Below the pieces are notes generated by a model. The model was not told the DNA's origin, ran no database searches, and was given only the letters and a program-made list of their open reading frames with translations. Position numbers and translations under genes: made by a program. Below are positions 8,894 to 18,841 of a stretch of 64,000 nucleotides of DNA, one piece after another; position 1 is the stretch's first letter; every line of letters begins with the position of its first letter. The DNA is from an uncultured delta proteobacterium (GTDB taxonomy: Bacteria > Desulfobacterota > Syntrophorhabdia > Syntrophorhabdales > WCHB1-27), in contig CAWFRA010000011.1 in assembly GCA_963818095.1 (NCBI GenBank), forward strand, positions 60,074 through 124,073, in the 5' to 3' direction.

Positions 8894-10722
8894 TTAGCGC
8901 TTCATGACCAGGGCCGAGCCGCCCCTGACCTCTGCGGCGTAGCGCTGCGACTTCCTCAGCTCGGCGACGAGCCGTTCCGGGTCGTCTACGCAGACGACAA
9001 GCGTCCCCGCCTGCTTCAGGTACGCCGTGGCCCGCTTGATATACGCCCTGGCCAGCTCTTCCGGAGGGAAATGCTCGTCCCAGATATAGGCGAGGGCCGG
9101 CCGCGCGAATATCAGGTCGAAGCCGTCGTTCAACAGGAACGGGAACTCGACCTCCATGTGGAAAAAGCGTTTCTTTGCGGCAATCTCCCGCGCCGAAGCA
9201 TACCAGCCCTGCCTCCGCGCCGCCTGCCAGTGTTCCTCTTCGCCCTCTATGTAATAAACTAGTTCAGCTATTTTGTTCCATTCAAGGCCGGCGTCGAAGT
9301 ACGTTGCGGTCGCAAGGTCCATGATCTCCCTGACCCTGCCCAGGGCCGTTGTGAGCCGCCCGTCTATCTCGTCCTTTACCACTGCGTCTTCCTTGATCCT
9401 GGCGGAGAGGGTAGAGGATAGCCGCTCCAGGCCCCTGAGCCGCTCAAACACTGCCGTAAGCTCCTGGACTGCGCCTGCGTGGATGCCCAGCAGGACGTTA
9501 CCCAGCCGGTAGTTCGGGCTCGTCTCGCCGAAACGGGACTGCATCGAGTTCTGCAGGACGTCCAAGGAAAAGGGCTGCTTTTCGACGCCATAGAGCACTC
9601 TGCTGAGGATAAAACGGTAGAGAGGGCGCTCGTTTCCCATTCGGCCACGAAAGAGCGCTTCTCCCGGTAAGGCAGGAGGAACGAGAGGTATGACACCACC
9701 TCGACCAGCCGGGCCGCAAGCTCCCCGAACCCCGGCGTCATATCGAGCATCCGGAGGCCCAGCAGGCGCTCCTTGGTGCGTTCTCCCAGGGCGCGGGTGA
9801 TAATCTCCTCCGGGTTTATCTCCGTCTCGCTGCCTTTCATGAAAAGGTAGCTGAAGATGTCGCACTGGTCGTGTTCGCGGACAGGCGCCGGCGGCGCGCC
9901 CCGCAAACCGTCTGTACCCTGCGTAAGGAAGCCTGCGTCGTCTCCGGAAGACAGCCCGGACCCCGGAAAAAGCTGCGCGTAGAGGGGAGCGGCAGCGCTG
10001 ATCGCCCGTTCCTCCCCGTCGCCGTTCATGGCATGGATATCGTTCCGCTTTTCCCTGAGATAGGCGATCACCTCCCTCCTCTCTTCTTCGAGGAAGGCGC
10101 GCAACGTACCGCCGAGGCCGGCGCAGGAAAAGATATGGGAGAAAAGGTGAAGGGCCGCTTCATCGCCTTGTGCGACCGCCCGTTCAAGGTCGATCTCGAC
10201 GATCCGCTTCTCGAAGGCGGACGGCCTCTTCAGAAGCAGCCAGCTCCTCCCATTCGTTATTATGCTCCAGGGCGTCCCGGCTTTCTTGGAAAGGTAAAGC
10301 GATTGGAACAGGGGTATCCGGTTATCGAGCTCAAGGTAGAAGCCGCCGATACCCTCCAGCAGGTTCCTGCCGTACCGTTTTACGAGGAGCACTCCGAGCA
10401 CACCCTCGTAATACTGTCTTGTGCCCCAATAAGGCGTTCTGCCGGCGCGGTCTTCTTCCGACTTGAACAGGGCGAAGTCGGGCGGCGCTATCTTCTCCTC
10501 GAAGAATTGCGGCTTCGACTCGAAGACGTAGCCCAGCTCCTTCAGGATGGGCTTCACGAGATTATGCTCCGTCTGGATCTCGCTTGCACTTGCCCTGCTT
10601 TGCTCGAAATTCCGTACGATTGCGGAAAGGGCGGAACAGACCTGCGGGTCACGGGGCAACGCGAGCAGGCGCTCGATGAGAGCGCCGGAGAGAAGCGTAT
10701 TTCTCACAAACTGGGGGACCAT
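8894..10722 (-). CDS. degenerate type IIG (Eco57I-like) restriction-modification homolog, frameshifted near 9635
   Basis: N-term TE..LVKPILKELG..PDFALF..WSIITNGRSW (HSDR_N-like); MTase-like LDMTPGFG, LYGVEKQP, YRLGNVLLG, FFHMEVEFP..GFDLIF. Confidence 0.7.
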
Positions 10723-10740
10723 CTTTTCCGGTGTCCCTCT

Positions 10741-10851
10741 TTAAGGGTTGTTGCTCTGCCCTATATCGACCCACTCGGCGATCTTGCACGTGCGAAGGGG
10801 ATCGAATTGCTTTCTCTCACTTGCTGCCCTCGCGTCCTTGGCCTTACTCAT
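10741..10851 (-). CDS. putative 36-aa small protein
   Basis: MSKAKDARAASERKQFDPLRTCKIAEWVDIGQSNNP*, purine-rich GAGGAG/AAGGAA upstream, extended -10-like TGTTATGAT further upstream. Confidence 0.4.
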   Translation of the reverse strand: MSKAKDARAASERKQFDPLRTCKIAEWVDIGQSNNP

Positions 10852-10963
10852 TTCCTTGCGGATCTCCTCGTCGCTGCCCTCATCATAACACAAATGGCAG
10901 GGCAGGGATATGCGGCTCCTGCGCCTCGGTGCGGCTGCCTTCAGCGCGATTCACCCTTGCGGC

Positions 10964-12476
10964 TCAAAGCAACGGCGTTTTCCATTTATAATGCCTTGGG
11001 GTTATACCCTGCGCTACCGACGCGGCGGCCGCAAAGCCTGCGATCTCACCCGTCTGCACGCACCACGGGAAATTCCTCATGACCATAAAGATCGTTTCAT
11101 AGGTGAATGAAAGGGACGCGCCGGTCAGTAGCAGGTTGTCGACTTTCCGGGGCAGGAAACAACGGTATGGCACCTCGAACGTATAGTTCTTTCCGCAATC
11201 CCAATGGAAGCTTTTGGTCATCGGCTTCGTCACTGCGTCGGCGAACCTGCGGCCGCTCAAGGCGTCGTCGAGGGAGAGGACGTATTCTCCCCTCGGATGC
11301 CTGCCGTCCCTCGTTCCGACGTAATGGCTGATATTCGTGATGAACGCGTTTTTGAAACCGGGAACGTATTTTTTGAGAAAGCGTGCTTCCACTTCCACGA
11401 ACCTCCGCAGCGTTACCTGGGCCCGCTCCATGTCGCCTGCGTTGTCGTCTATATGGAGCGCCCATTCGTAAGGCACGTTCTCCCAGAATATGAAAGTGCC
11501 GGGGCCCTCCATCGGACTCATGTCTACCGTCGGGTGGCCTATGTAGAGGTCGCCGTAAACGCATTTCCCCTGGAGCCTCGGCCTGTAAAGATTGTCAGGT
11601 ATGTCCCCGGCTGCAGCGGGCGGCAGAGATAAGCTTACCGAGGTCCGGGTCGTTCCGGCTTTTCTGGTATTGCGCTATTTCCTCAAAATCGATGCCCGCC
11701 ATCATCCAGAGCAACCCTCCAGGGATAGGCCGGCTATCTTTCGCGGCCGCGACCGTTGAAGGCTGCGGTCCGCCCCCTCTGACGAACGGCGCGCCTGCGC
11801 GCGAGGCCACCTCGGCTGTGCCCGAGCCGTCTATGAAAACCCTGCCTTTTACTGCGAAAGCGCCCGATGCGCTCGTGACGACCACGGCCTCTATGCTCTT
11901 TTCCCCCTTGGGCAGCTTTTTTGTTATGACGTCTACGAACGTCGTGTTGTAGAGGGTCTTTACGCCCGCCTCATTCAGCATGGCGAGCATGACACAGGCT
12001 CCCCCTTCGGGATTGAACGTGCTGCGCGCAAGAGCGCCACCCGCTTTCATGTTCTTATCGTAATGTGAGAGCGGATTGCCGGCAAAGCCCGGATAGGTCT
12101 TTTCCGTAGCGGTGTATACATATCCTTCTTTTACGAGCCGGTCCATCAACTCCGTATGGATGCCCCCGACACCCGGATTATACGCACCCTGAAGACCCGT
12201 TGTGTGCACGCCGCCCGGCACATCATACCTGTCTATGAGCACCGTTGTTGCGCCTTTTCTGGCCGCAGCCAGGGCTGCCCCGAAGCCGCCCGGTCCGCCG
12301 CCTATTACGACGACGTCCGCTTCCGCTCCCACGGGTATCTCCTCGGCCGGCAGCCTTACGCCACTACGGGCTGCGGCGCCGGCCTCCCTGCCCGGCAGAC
12401 CCGACAGGCCGCCTGCGACGATTCCAGCGCCGGTCAGGGCGGATGTCCTCAGGAAATCTCTCCGGTTCATTTTCAC
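10964..12476 (-). CDS. FAD-dependent oxidoreductase with Tat signal (frameshift near 11610)
   Basis: RRDFL twin-arginine motif, VVVIGGGPGG dinucleotide fold, FIDGSG, VPYRCFLPRKVDNLL. Confidence 0.85.
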
Positions 12477-12635
12477 GGTCGGTAACCCTCCCTTTTTTCG
12501 CGATTGTCCCAGCCACGGCCGGGCTGTTTTGATTTGAATATAGCATGGCGCATGGTCGTGTCAAGGAAAAATGGGGCGACGGGGGTTTGCGCCTCTCATG
12601 TGGCATTGCAGCCATGCACATGTTAAACTAAAATC

Positions 12636-13563
12636 GTGAACGATCTATACGAGGCGGCAATTATCGGAGGAGGGCCGGCCGGCCTGACTGCGGGCATTTA
12701 TTTGATGAGGGCAGGCATACGGACGGTCCTTCTCGAAAAGCAGCTTACCGGCGGCGCGGCCCTGAACACGGAGCACATCGAGAACTATCCGGGCTTCCCC
12801 GACGGCATATCGGGCGCGGAGCTGATGCGAAGGATGGCCGACCAGGCCCGAAGGCTCGGCCTGGACATCAAAGAATTCTCCGAGGCTGTAAGCGTGACGC
12901 ACGAAAACGGAGTGTTCGAGACAACCGTTGACAAGGAGTCGTACCGGTCTCTCGGCGTAATCGCGGCGATGGGGACGGAGCCGGCAAAGCTTGGCATACC
13001 GGGGGAGGAGACCCTCGTCGGCCGCGGCGTCTCTTACTGCGCAACGTGCGACGGCATGTTTTTCCGCGGCCTCGAAGTCGCTGTCATAGGCGGCGGGGAC
13101 TCGGCCCTGTCGGAGGCGCTCACCCTGGCCAATATCGCAGCGAAGGTCTACCTGGTACACAGGCGGGACCGGTTCAGGGGGCAGCAGATATTGCAGGACC
13201 GGGCAGCGAAGAACGAAAAGATCGAGTTCCTGCTCAACAGGGCGCCGTCTGCCATAAACGGCGCAAAGCAGGTCGAGTCGGTCACGCTGCGCGACACGCT
13301 GACGAACGAGACGTCGGACCTCAAGGTTAGCGGCGTCTTTATGTACGTCGGGCTTACGGCCGCAGACCGCCTTTCTCGGCGGCCTTGTCGACAGGGACGA
13401 GCCGGGGTTCATAATAACGGGCGAGGGTCTGGAGACGCGGACACCCGGACTGTTCGCCGCAGGCGACGTACGGAAAAAGGCGCTCAGGCAGATTTCGACC
13501 GCAGTAGGTGATGGGGCGCTGGCAGCAGTAAGCCTTGAAAAATACGTGTTGGAGAAAAAGTGA
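12636..13563 (+). CDS. trxB: thioredoxin-disulfide reductase (frameshift near 13360)
   Basis: IIGGGPAGLTA, IENYPGF, GVSYCATCDG, VIGGGDSA; C-term GLFAAGDVR..RQISTAVGDGA in shifted frame. Confidence 0.95.
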
Positions 13564-13621
13564 CGTTCCTTGAGGCGGTCCGCATCAAACCGCTGACGGG
13601 CGCTGCTGCCGCTGATTTATC

Positions 13622-14176
13622 ATGAAGGCTCTCTTCGCCGGAATATTCTTTTTTCTTTTCCTGACAGCGCAGGTTTCCGCTGCCGGACAGGGGATTGTTC
13701 TATATAAGGTAGGCGAGGGCAGCCAGGAGATGCTCGCGGACCTGGGAAAGGCCCTGGGCTTCAAGGGTTACACGGTTGAGGTCGTGCAGGGCGAGACCGA
13801 GATCGACAAGCACGTAGAGAAGGCGGGCAAGATCAACCGGGGCGGCGGCACCGTGTTGCTTGCCGTTGAGGTGATCCCGTCCGAGAAGACCCGCGTCATG
13901 GTGGCGGCGGCTACGGAGGCGCCCAAAGCGGAAGGCCGGTTCCTGTCGATCACCGAGATATCGTCCCGCTTCTCGCAGGAATCGGGCAGGCTTGCGGCCT
14001 GCCTCGCCGCACCTTTTGAGACGAAGGTCACGCATCTCCCTCTCTTCCCGCTTCTCGGCGTCAGCATGCCGGGGGTTGCGGTGAAGCTGGAATTGAAGAC
14101 CGACGATACCGACCGGGCCGTCTCGAAGATCACGGAAGGAATAGATAAATATTTTTCAGAAAGGACCGGCAAATGA
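13622..14176 (+). CDS. exported protein, possibly degenerate N-acetylmuramoyl-L-alanine amidase (Amidase_3) fold
   Basis: Signal peptide; [13 protein letters not shown] and [10 protein letters not shown] resemble the amidase C-terminus. Confidence 0.5.
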   Translation: MKALFAGIFFFLFLTAQVSAAGQGIVLYKVGEGSQEMLADLGKALGFKGYTVEVVQGETEIDKHVEKAGKINRGGGTVLLAVEVIPSEKTRVMVAAATEAPKAEGRFLSITEISSRFSQESGRLAACLAAPFETKVTHLPLFPLLGVSMPGVAVKLELKTDDTDRAVSKITEGIDKYFSERTGK

Positions 14177-14904
14177 GAAACAACGGCAGACCGAACGATA
14201 AGATACGGGACCTGAAGATAAGCAAGAATTTCCTCAAGTACCCGGATGGGTCGGTGCTCGTGGAGATGGGCGAGACGAAAGTGATATGCAGCGTCAGCAT
14301 CGAGGAGAAGGTCCCCCCCTTCCTGAAGAACTCAGGCAAGGGATGGCTGACGGCGGAATATTCGATGCTGCCGCGGGCGACGGCTTCCCGCAACATGCGC
14401 GAATCGGTGACCGGCAGGATCGGCGGAAGGACCCATGAGATTCAGCGGCTCATAGGCCGCGCCCTGCGCGCAGTGGTGAACCTCAATGTCATCGGCGAGC
14501 GGACCATCTGGGTCGACTGCGACGTGATCCAGGCGGACGGCGGCACCAGGACGGCGAGCATTACGGGCAGCTTCGTGGCCCTGGTCGAGGCGCTCTGGAA
14601 CCTCAAGAAGAGAGGCGTCATCGAAAAGATACCCCTGCGCGACTCCGTGGCCGCAGTAAGCGCCGGCATAGTCAACGGGACGGTCCTTCTGGACCTTTCT
14701 TATGTTGAGGACTCGAACGCCGAGGTGGACATGAATTTCGTCATGACGGGCAAGGGCGCGCTCATCGAAGTGCAGGGCACGGCCGAAAAGGCGCCCTTCT
14801 CGAAAGAGGTCCTCGACGTAATGTACGAGTATTCGCTGAAAGGGGCGGCTGAGATTACCCGCGTTCAGAAGGCGGCCCTCGGCAACCTCTTCCCTCTGAT
14901 CTGA
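14173..14904 (+). CDS. rph: ribonuclease PH
   Basis: [44 protein letters not shown]. Confidence 0.98.
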   Translation: MRNNGRPNDKIRDLKISKNFLKYPDGSVLVEMGETKVICSVSIEEKVPPFLKNSGKGWLTAEYSMLPRATASRNMRESVTGRIGGRTHEIQRLIGRALRAVVNLNVIGERTIWVDCDVIQADGGTRTASITGSFVALVEALWNLKKRGVIEKIPLRDSVAAVSAGIVNGTVLLDLSYVEDSNAEVDMNFVMTGKGALIEVQGTAEKAPFSKEVLDVMYEYSLKGAAEITRVQKAALGNLFPLI

Positions 14905-14928
14905 GAACGGCCCTGAAACGGTGCGGCC

Positions 14929-15505
14929 GTGATCATCATAGCAACGGGCAACAAGGGAAAGTTCGGGGAGATGTCGCATTACCTGGCAGACGCAGGCGAG
15001 GGGCTTTTGTCGCTGGCCGACCTCGATGGCTCCGTCACCGTTGACGAGGACCGGCCGACGTACCTGGAGAACGCGTGGAAAAAAGCCAGGAAGATAGGCA
15101 ACCGGTTCGGAATGAAGACCCTCGCCGACGACTCCGGACTTGAAGTTAAAGCGTTGAACGGCGCGACCGGGCATCTATTCGGCCCGCTACGGCGCGACCG
15201 ACGCGGACCGGGTGGGAAGGCTCCTCCGGGAGCTGAAGGGCGTGCCGGAGAAAGACAGGGGCGCGGTCTTCAAGGCATACCTCGTCTATTACCTGCCTGA
15301 CGTAGAGCAAACGTTCATATTTTACGGGGGCGTCAAAGGCTATATCGGCTTCGAAGCCAGAGGGGAAAAAGGCTTCGGCTTCGACCCGGTCTTCATGCTA
15401 CCGGAAATGGGAAAATCGCTAGCCGAGCTGAACATGGACGAAAAAAACAGGGTCAGCCACAGAGGCCAGGCCCTCGCCGCGTTCCGGGCCTTCATCAATA
15501 TATAA
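14929..15505 (+). CDS. rdgB: non-canonical purine NTP pyrophosphatase (frameshift near 15165)
   Basis: IATGNKGK, ENAWKKA, LADDSGL, GFGFDPVF, KNRVSHRG; follows rph. Confidence 0.93.
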
Positions 15506-15762
15506 ACCCCCTCCTTCCTTCCGGCTGCCTATGTTATTCTTTTGAACTCCGTCCTGGCGTACTGGGAACCCGCTTTCCGAAAGGTTCATTTTTTGTATTG
15601 AAGATGATTCATATTACGCTGTGAGGCTCTGCCATGCATACGTACTGAACGCGGGTCAAACGGTAAAGTCAGCATTTTACGCTCCTATGAGCCATTTCTG
15701 ATATTATTCTGTGCGGCTAAACTAAACTCCCTTCCGTGCGATAACGGTAGATGCAAAATTGC

Positions 15763-15802
15763 TTGACAAGCTTTTTAAAAAAGAGTAAATGAATACAATT
15801 CA
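15763..15802 (+). promoter_or_regulatory. putative sigma70 promoter with palindromic operator upstream of the MFS island
   Basis: TTGACA at 15763, AT-rich -10 region (GTAAAT), inverted repeat TGAAT-ACA-ATTCA at 15790-15802. Confidence 0.45.
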
Positions 15803-15963
15803 ATGAACGTCCAACAGCGGCTGCATATGGGCATTCGGTTCTTTAAAGGTACAAGGTGGACCCGGCAGAGGGCAGGTGTCGGCGATTGACTTTACGCCGG
15901 CCGGTTATCCTCAAATCGGTTATTTCTCTCGATCTTGCTTTATAGAACAAGGAGGCAGCGATC

Positions 15964-17199
15964 GTGGACGCTCAGAATACAATAGAAACAGACGCCAATC
16001 CGATTAAGCAGACCGGAGCCTCCGTCAGTCTTGCGATCTTCGTTGCGGCACTGCTCTCTCTTGCATGCAACCTGGACAAATTCGTCTATCCCCCTGTAAT
16101 CCCCCTCGTGGTGAGAGACCTGCGCATATCGTTCGCCCAGGCAGGATTTCTGATGAGCGTCGTCGGCATCATGGGGATATTCCTCGCTATACCGGGAGGT
16201 ATCCTGATCAGCAGGATAGGCATCAGAAAGTCGGGGGCGGTAGGTTTGTTCGTTACTGCGCTGGGGTCGCTTGTGGTCGTGGTAGCCGGCAGTTACCTCG
16301 TCATGGTCCTGGGGAGGGCAGTGGCCGGCGTCGCTGAAAGGCTGGTGCAAATAACGGCCCTCAGTATCGTCGGCGTCTATGTGACAAGGGAGCGAAATGC
16401 CCTGGCCCAAGGTGTAATTTCAGCAATGATAGTTGTTTCGGTCGCCGCAAGCGGCAGCAGCATGGGATTCCTCGGCGCGACATTCGGTTGGCAAAGTGTC
16501 TTCTTAGTGTCGATAATTTTCCAGCTTGTCGCGGCATCGCTCTTCCTGGTGTTTTTCCTGCGCATTCAAAAACCCGGCCAAAAAGACCTCCGTGCGGCTG
16601 CCGGCCATCCACACGGAGACGGGGCCGTTTCCGGGTCGGTCTGGACCAACAAGGAAGTATGGAAGCTGACCATCATCTGGGCGTGCTACCAGGGGGGCAG
16701 CTTCATACAAAGCACCTGGTTCCCCACATTACTGAAGGACTCCCTGAAGGTCGGGGTGGGGATGGCTGGTCTCCTTGCATCGATCGGCTGGTGGATGGCC
16801 GTCGCGAGCGCCGTCCTGATCGGCTGGGTCTCGGATGCCAGCCGAAAAAGAAAGATCTGGATGATAGGGCCGTCCATAGCCGTGGCCGCGGTCGGCCTCA
16901 TTCTGTCGATTTCATCCGCAATGGCGCCCGTCCTCGTTCTTGTCATACTTACAATCATATGTGGCTCCATGCTGCCGGGGCCTTTAATGGCCACTGTCCC
17001 CGAGGTCGTCCGGGACAGGCGGCAGATACCGCAGGCGTTCGGCATTCTCTCAGCCGGCCTCTCACTGGCGCTTTTCGTCGTGCCCACCCTCGCCGGCTGG
17101 TTGCGCGACATCAGCGGCTCATTCACGAGCACCCTTTATCTGATGGCTGCTTTATCCATAATATGCGCCATTACCGCTTCGACGCTAAAAACCCGTTAG
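15964..17199 (+). CDS. MFS transporter (CynX-like)
   Basis: About 12 hydrophobic helices, GILISRIGIRK and GWVSDASRKRK motif-A loops. Confidence 0.9.
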   Translation: MDAQNTIETDANPIKQTGASVSLAIFVAALLSLACNLDKFVYPPVIPLVVRDLRISFAQAGFLMSVVGIMGIFLAIPGGILISRIGIRKSGAVGLFVTALGSLVVVVAGSYLVMVLGRAVAGVAERLVQITALSIVGVYVTRERNALAQGVISAMIVVSVAASGSSMGFLGATFGWQSVFLVSIIFQLVAASLFLVFFLRIQKPGQKDLRAAAGHPHGDGAVSGSVWTNKEVWKLTIIWACYQGGSFIQSTWFPTLLKDSLKVGVGMAGLLASIGWWMAVASAVLIGWVSDASRKRKIWMIGPSIAVAAVGLILSISSAMAPVLVLVILTIICGSMLPGPLMATVPEVVRDRRQIPQAFGILSAGLSLALFVVPTLAGWLRDISGSFTSTLYLMAALSIICAITASTLKTR

Positions 17200-17238
17200 G
17201 CGGGCGGATTGATATCAAGTAATCCCGGAGGTAGGCAA

Positions 17239-18078
17239 ATGAGGCATGGTTATATGTCATTGCTGTTGGCTCCGATTTTGGCGGTGACCTTTCTGCTCGC
17301 ATTTTCCGGTCGGGCGAGTGCAGCCGGCGACCGCGAAGAAGCAATGATGAAGACGCTTTTACAAATGGCGCAGGACCACAAAATGCACGAGCGCTACTAT
17401 ACCGTGAGGGACTTAAAATCGGCCTCCGAGCTGCGCTTCACGGCCATGCGGCTTCAGACGGTGGCGGAACGACTGGCAAAGGTTACGCAAAAAGAGATAG
17501 ACGCATGGGCAGCCGGAACGAAATCGACCATGGAGGAGAACGCGCCGCTCTCAATCGGACAGATGGAGATTATCAACTATCGGGACACGGTGCCTTACAC
17601 GGCCATCCTCTGGTACGGCCACGGAGGCGAGCCGATAGAGATTAAAGAGATCAGGGCACAGCTCGCCGGCTCGATGGTCGGCCTGAGGAACACCGGCGAC
17701 ATGCTTATCGGTTACATGAACAAGCATTTCGGCGGAGAGGAAGCAAAGATAGCACGTCCCGACCGGCGTTACCTGGATGCGTCCCTTTGGCGGACACGCC
17801 TCACAGTGGGACTCTACACGGTTGCCACATATTACAAGCTGGCGGGAGAGCTGATCGGCATGGCCTTGAAGACCTTTGATAAAGCGCCGCTGGCCGGCAG
17901 GGATTTGATAAAAGAAGACAAGAGGACGGAGGCGGTCCTGATGCTCGACACTACCGCAAAGCTGCTCAACGAGGCAGCCAGGTTCCAGGGGATGGCTGGG
18001 ACAGAGCTCGGGGATGACGAGGAAAGGTGGCAACAGGTAGAAACCGCCTTATACTCGGTCCTGGGCCGGGGAAGGTAA
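17239..18078 (+). CDS. secreted alpha-helical protein of unknown function (paralog A)
   Basis: GGAGG RBS, Sec signal peptide ending ASA, similarity to the next gene. Confidence 0.75.
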   Translation: MRHGYMSLLLAPILAVTFLLAFSGRASAAGDREEAMMKTLLQMAQDHKMHERYYTVRDLKSASELRFTAMRLQTVAERLAKVTQKEIDAWAAGTKSTMEENAPLSIGQMEIINYRDTVPYTAILWYGHGGEPIEIKEIRAQLAGSMVGLRNTGDMLIGYMNKHFGGEEAKIARPDRRYLDASLWRTRLTVGLYTVATYYKLAGELIGMALKTFDKAPLAGRDLIKEDKRTEAVLMLDTTAKLLNEAARFQGMAGTELGDDEERWQQVETALYSVLGRGR

Positions 18079-18130
18079 CGTGCTTGTTAGGGCCCGGACC
18101 TGTAGACAAGAAACCCGGAGGAGGAACCAG

Positions 18131-18829
18131 ATGAAATTCCTTTCGGCATACGTGATCGTTTTCACGGTCATGGCAGTCTCTTTCCTTCCTTTAACGGTCA
18201 TGAGCGCCCCGTCGGACCCGGACATAGCAACTTTCGGGAGTCTCCTTCAGATACGGCAGGACCCCTCATGGCAGGAAAGACTCGACCCGATCAAGAACTT
18301 CAAGTTGGCGGCCGATCTCCGCGCCATGGCAGACAGGCTCCAGGCGTTTTCAAGACAGGAACCGGGATCGACGGAAAGCCTGGGGCCGAATGCTGCGGCC
18401 GGCGTACGGACGATCAATGAAACGTCGAGCAGGATAAGGACGGATATGCGGGCTACGGCAGGCGAGCTGGCAGGGTTGATGGGCAAGCAGATAGCGACTG
18501 CGCAGGCAGGGCCCATTCGGCCCGATCCATATTTCACGTCTGCATACCTCGACAGGGGCAAACTCGTCACCGGGCTTTACAGTGTTTCCAGTTATTATAA
18601 GTTGATAGGGGAGCTTGTAAACCTCGGCGTTGATGCCCTCAATAAGGTGATGCAGGCATCCGTCAAAGGCGCAGATGCCGCGCTGCTTCTGAATCAAGCC
18701 GCCTCCCTGCTGGGGGATGCAGCCAACTACGCCGCGTTGGCGGGTTCGCAGCTTAACAGCGATGAGGCCAAGTGGGCCAGCCTGGAGAATACCATTTCGA
18801 TGATGAAAAGCAAGCCTGAGGGGAAGTAG
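18131..18829 (+). CDS. secreted alpha-helical protein of unknown function (paralog B)
   Basis: GGAGGAGG RBS, signal peptide, shared blocks with paralog A (RPD..GLY.V..YYKL.GEL). Confidence 0.75.
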   Translation: MKFLSAYVIVFTVMAVSFLPLTVMSAPSDPDIATFGSLLQIRQDPSWQERLDPIKNFKLAADLRAMADRLQAFSRQEPGSTESLGPNAAAGVRTINETSSRIRTDMRATAGELAGLMGKQIATAQAGPIRPDPYFTSAYLDRGKLVTGLYSVSSYYKLIGELVNLGVDALNKVMQASVKGADAALLLNQAASLLGDAANYAALAGSQLNSDEAKWASLENTISMMKSKPEGK

Positions 18830-18841
18830 GGGCCGAACGAT

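Noticed and set aside
8894-10722. An active restriction-modification defence system
   Set aside because: The nuclease ExK and methyltransferase NPPY motifs are missing, and no target-recognition domain is evident.
11595-11597. TGA in the FAD oxidoreductase as possible selenocysteine
   Set aside because: The downstream coding continues in a different frame, so this is a frameshift, not readthrough.
15506-15960. tRNA cluster or riboswitch after rph-rdgB
   Set aside because: No cloverleaf, T-loop or recognisable aptamer was seen.
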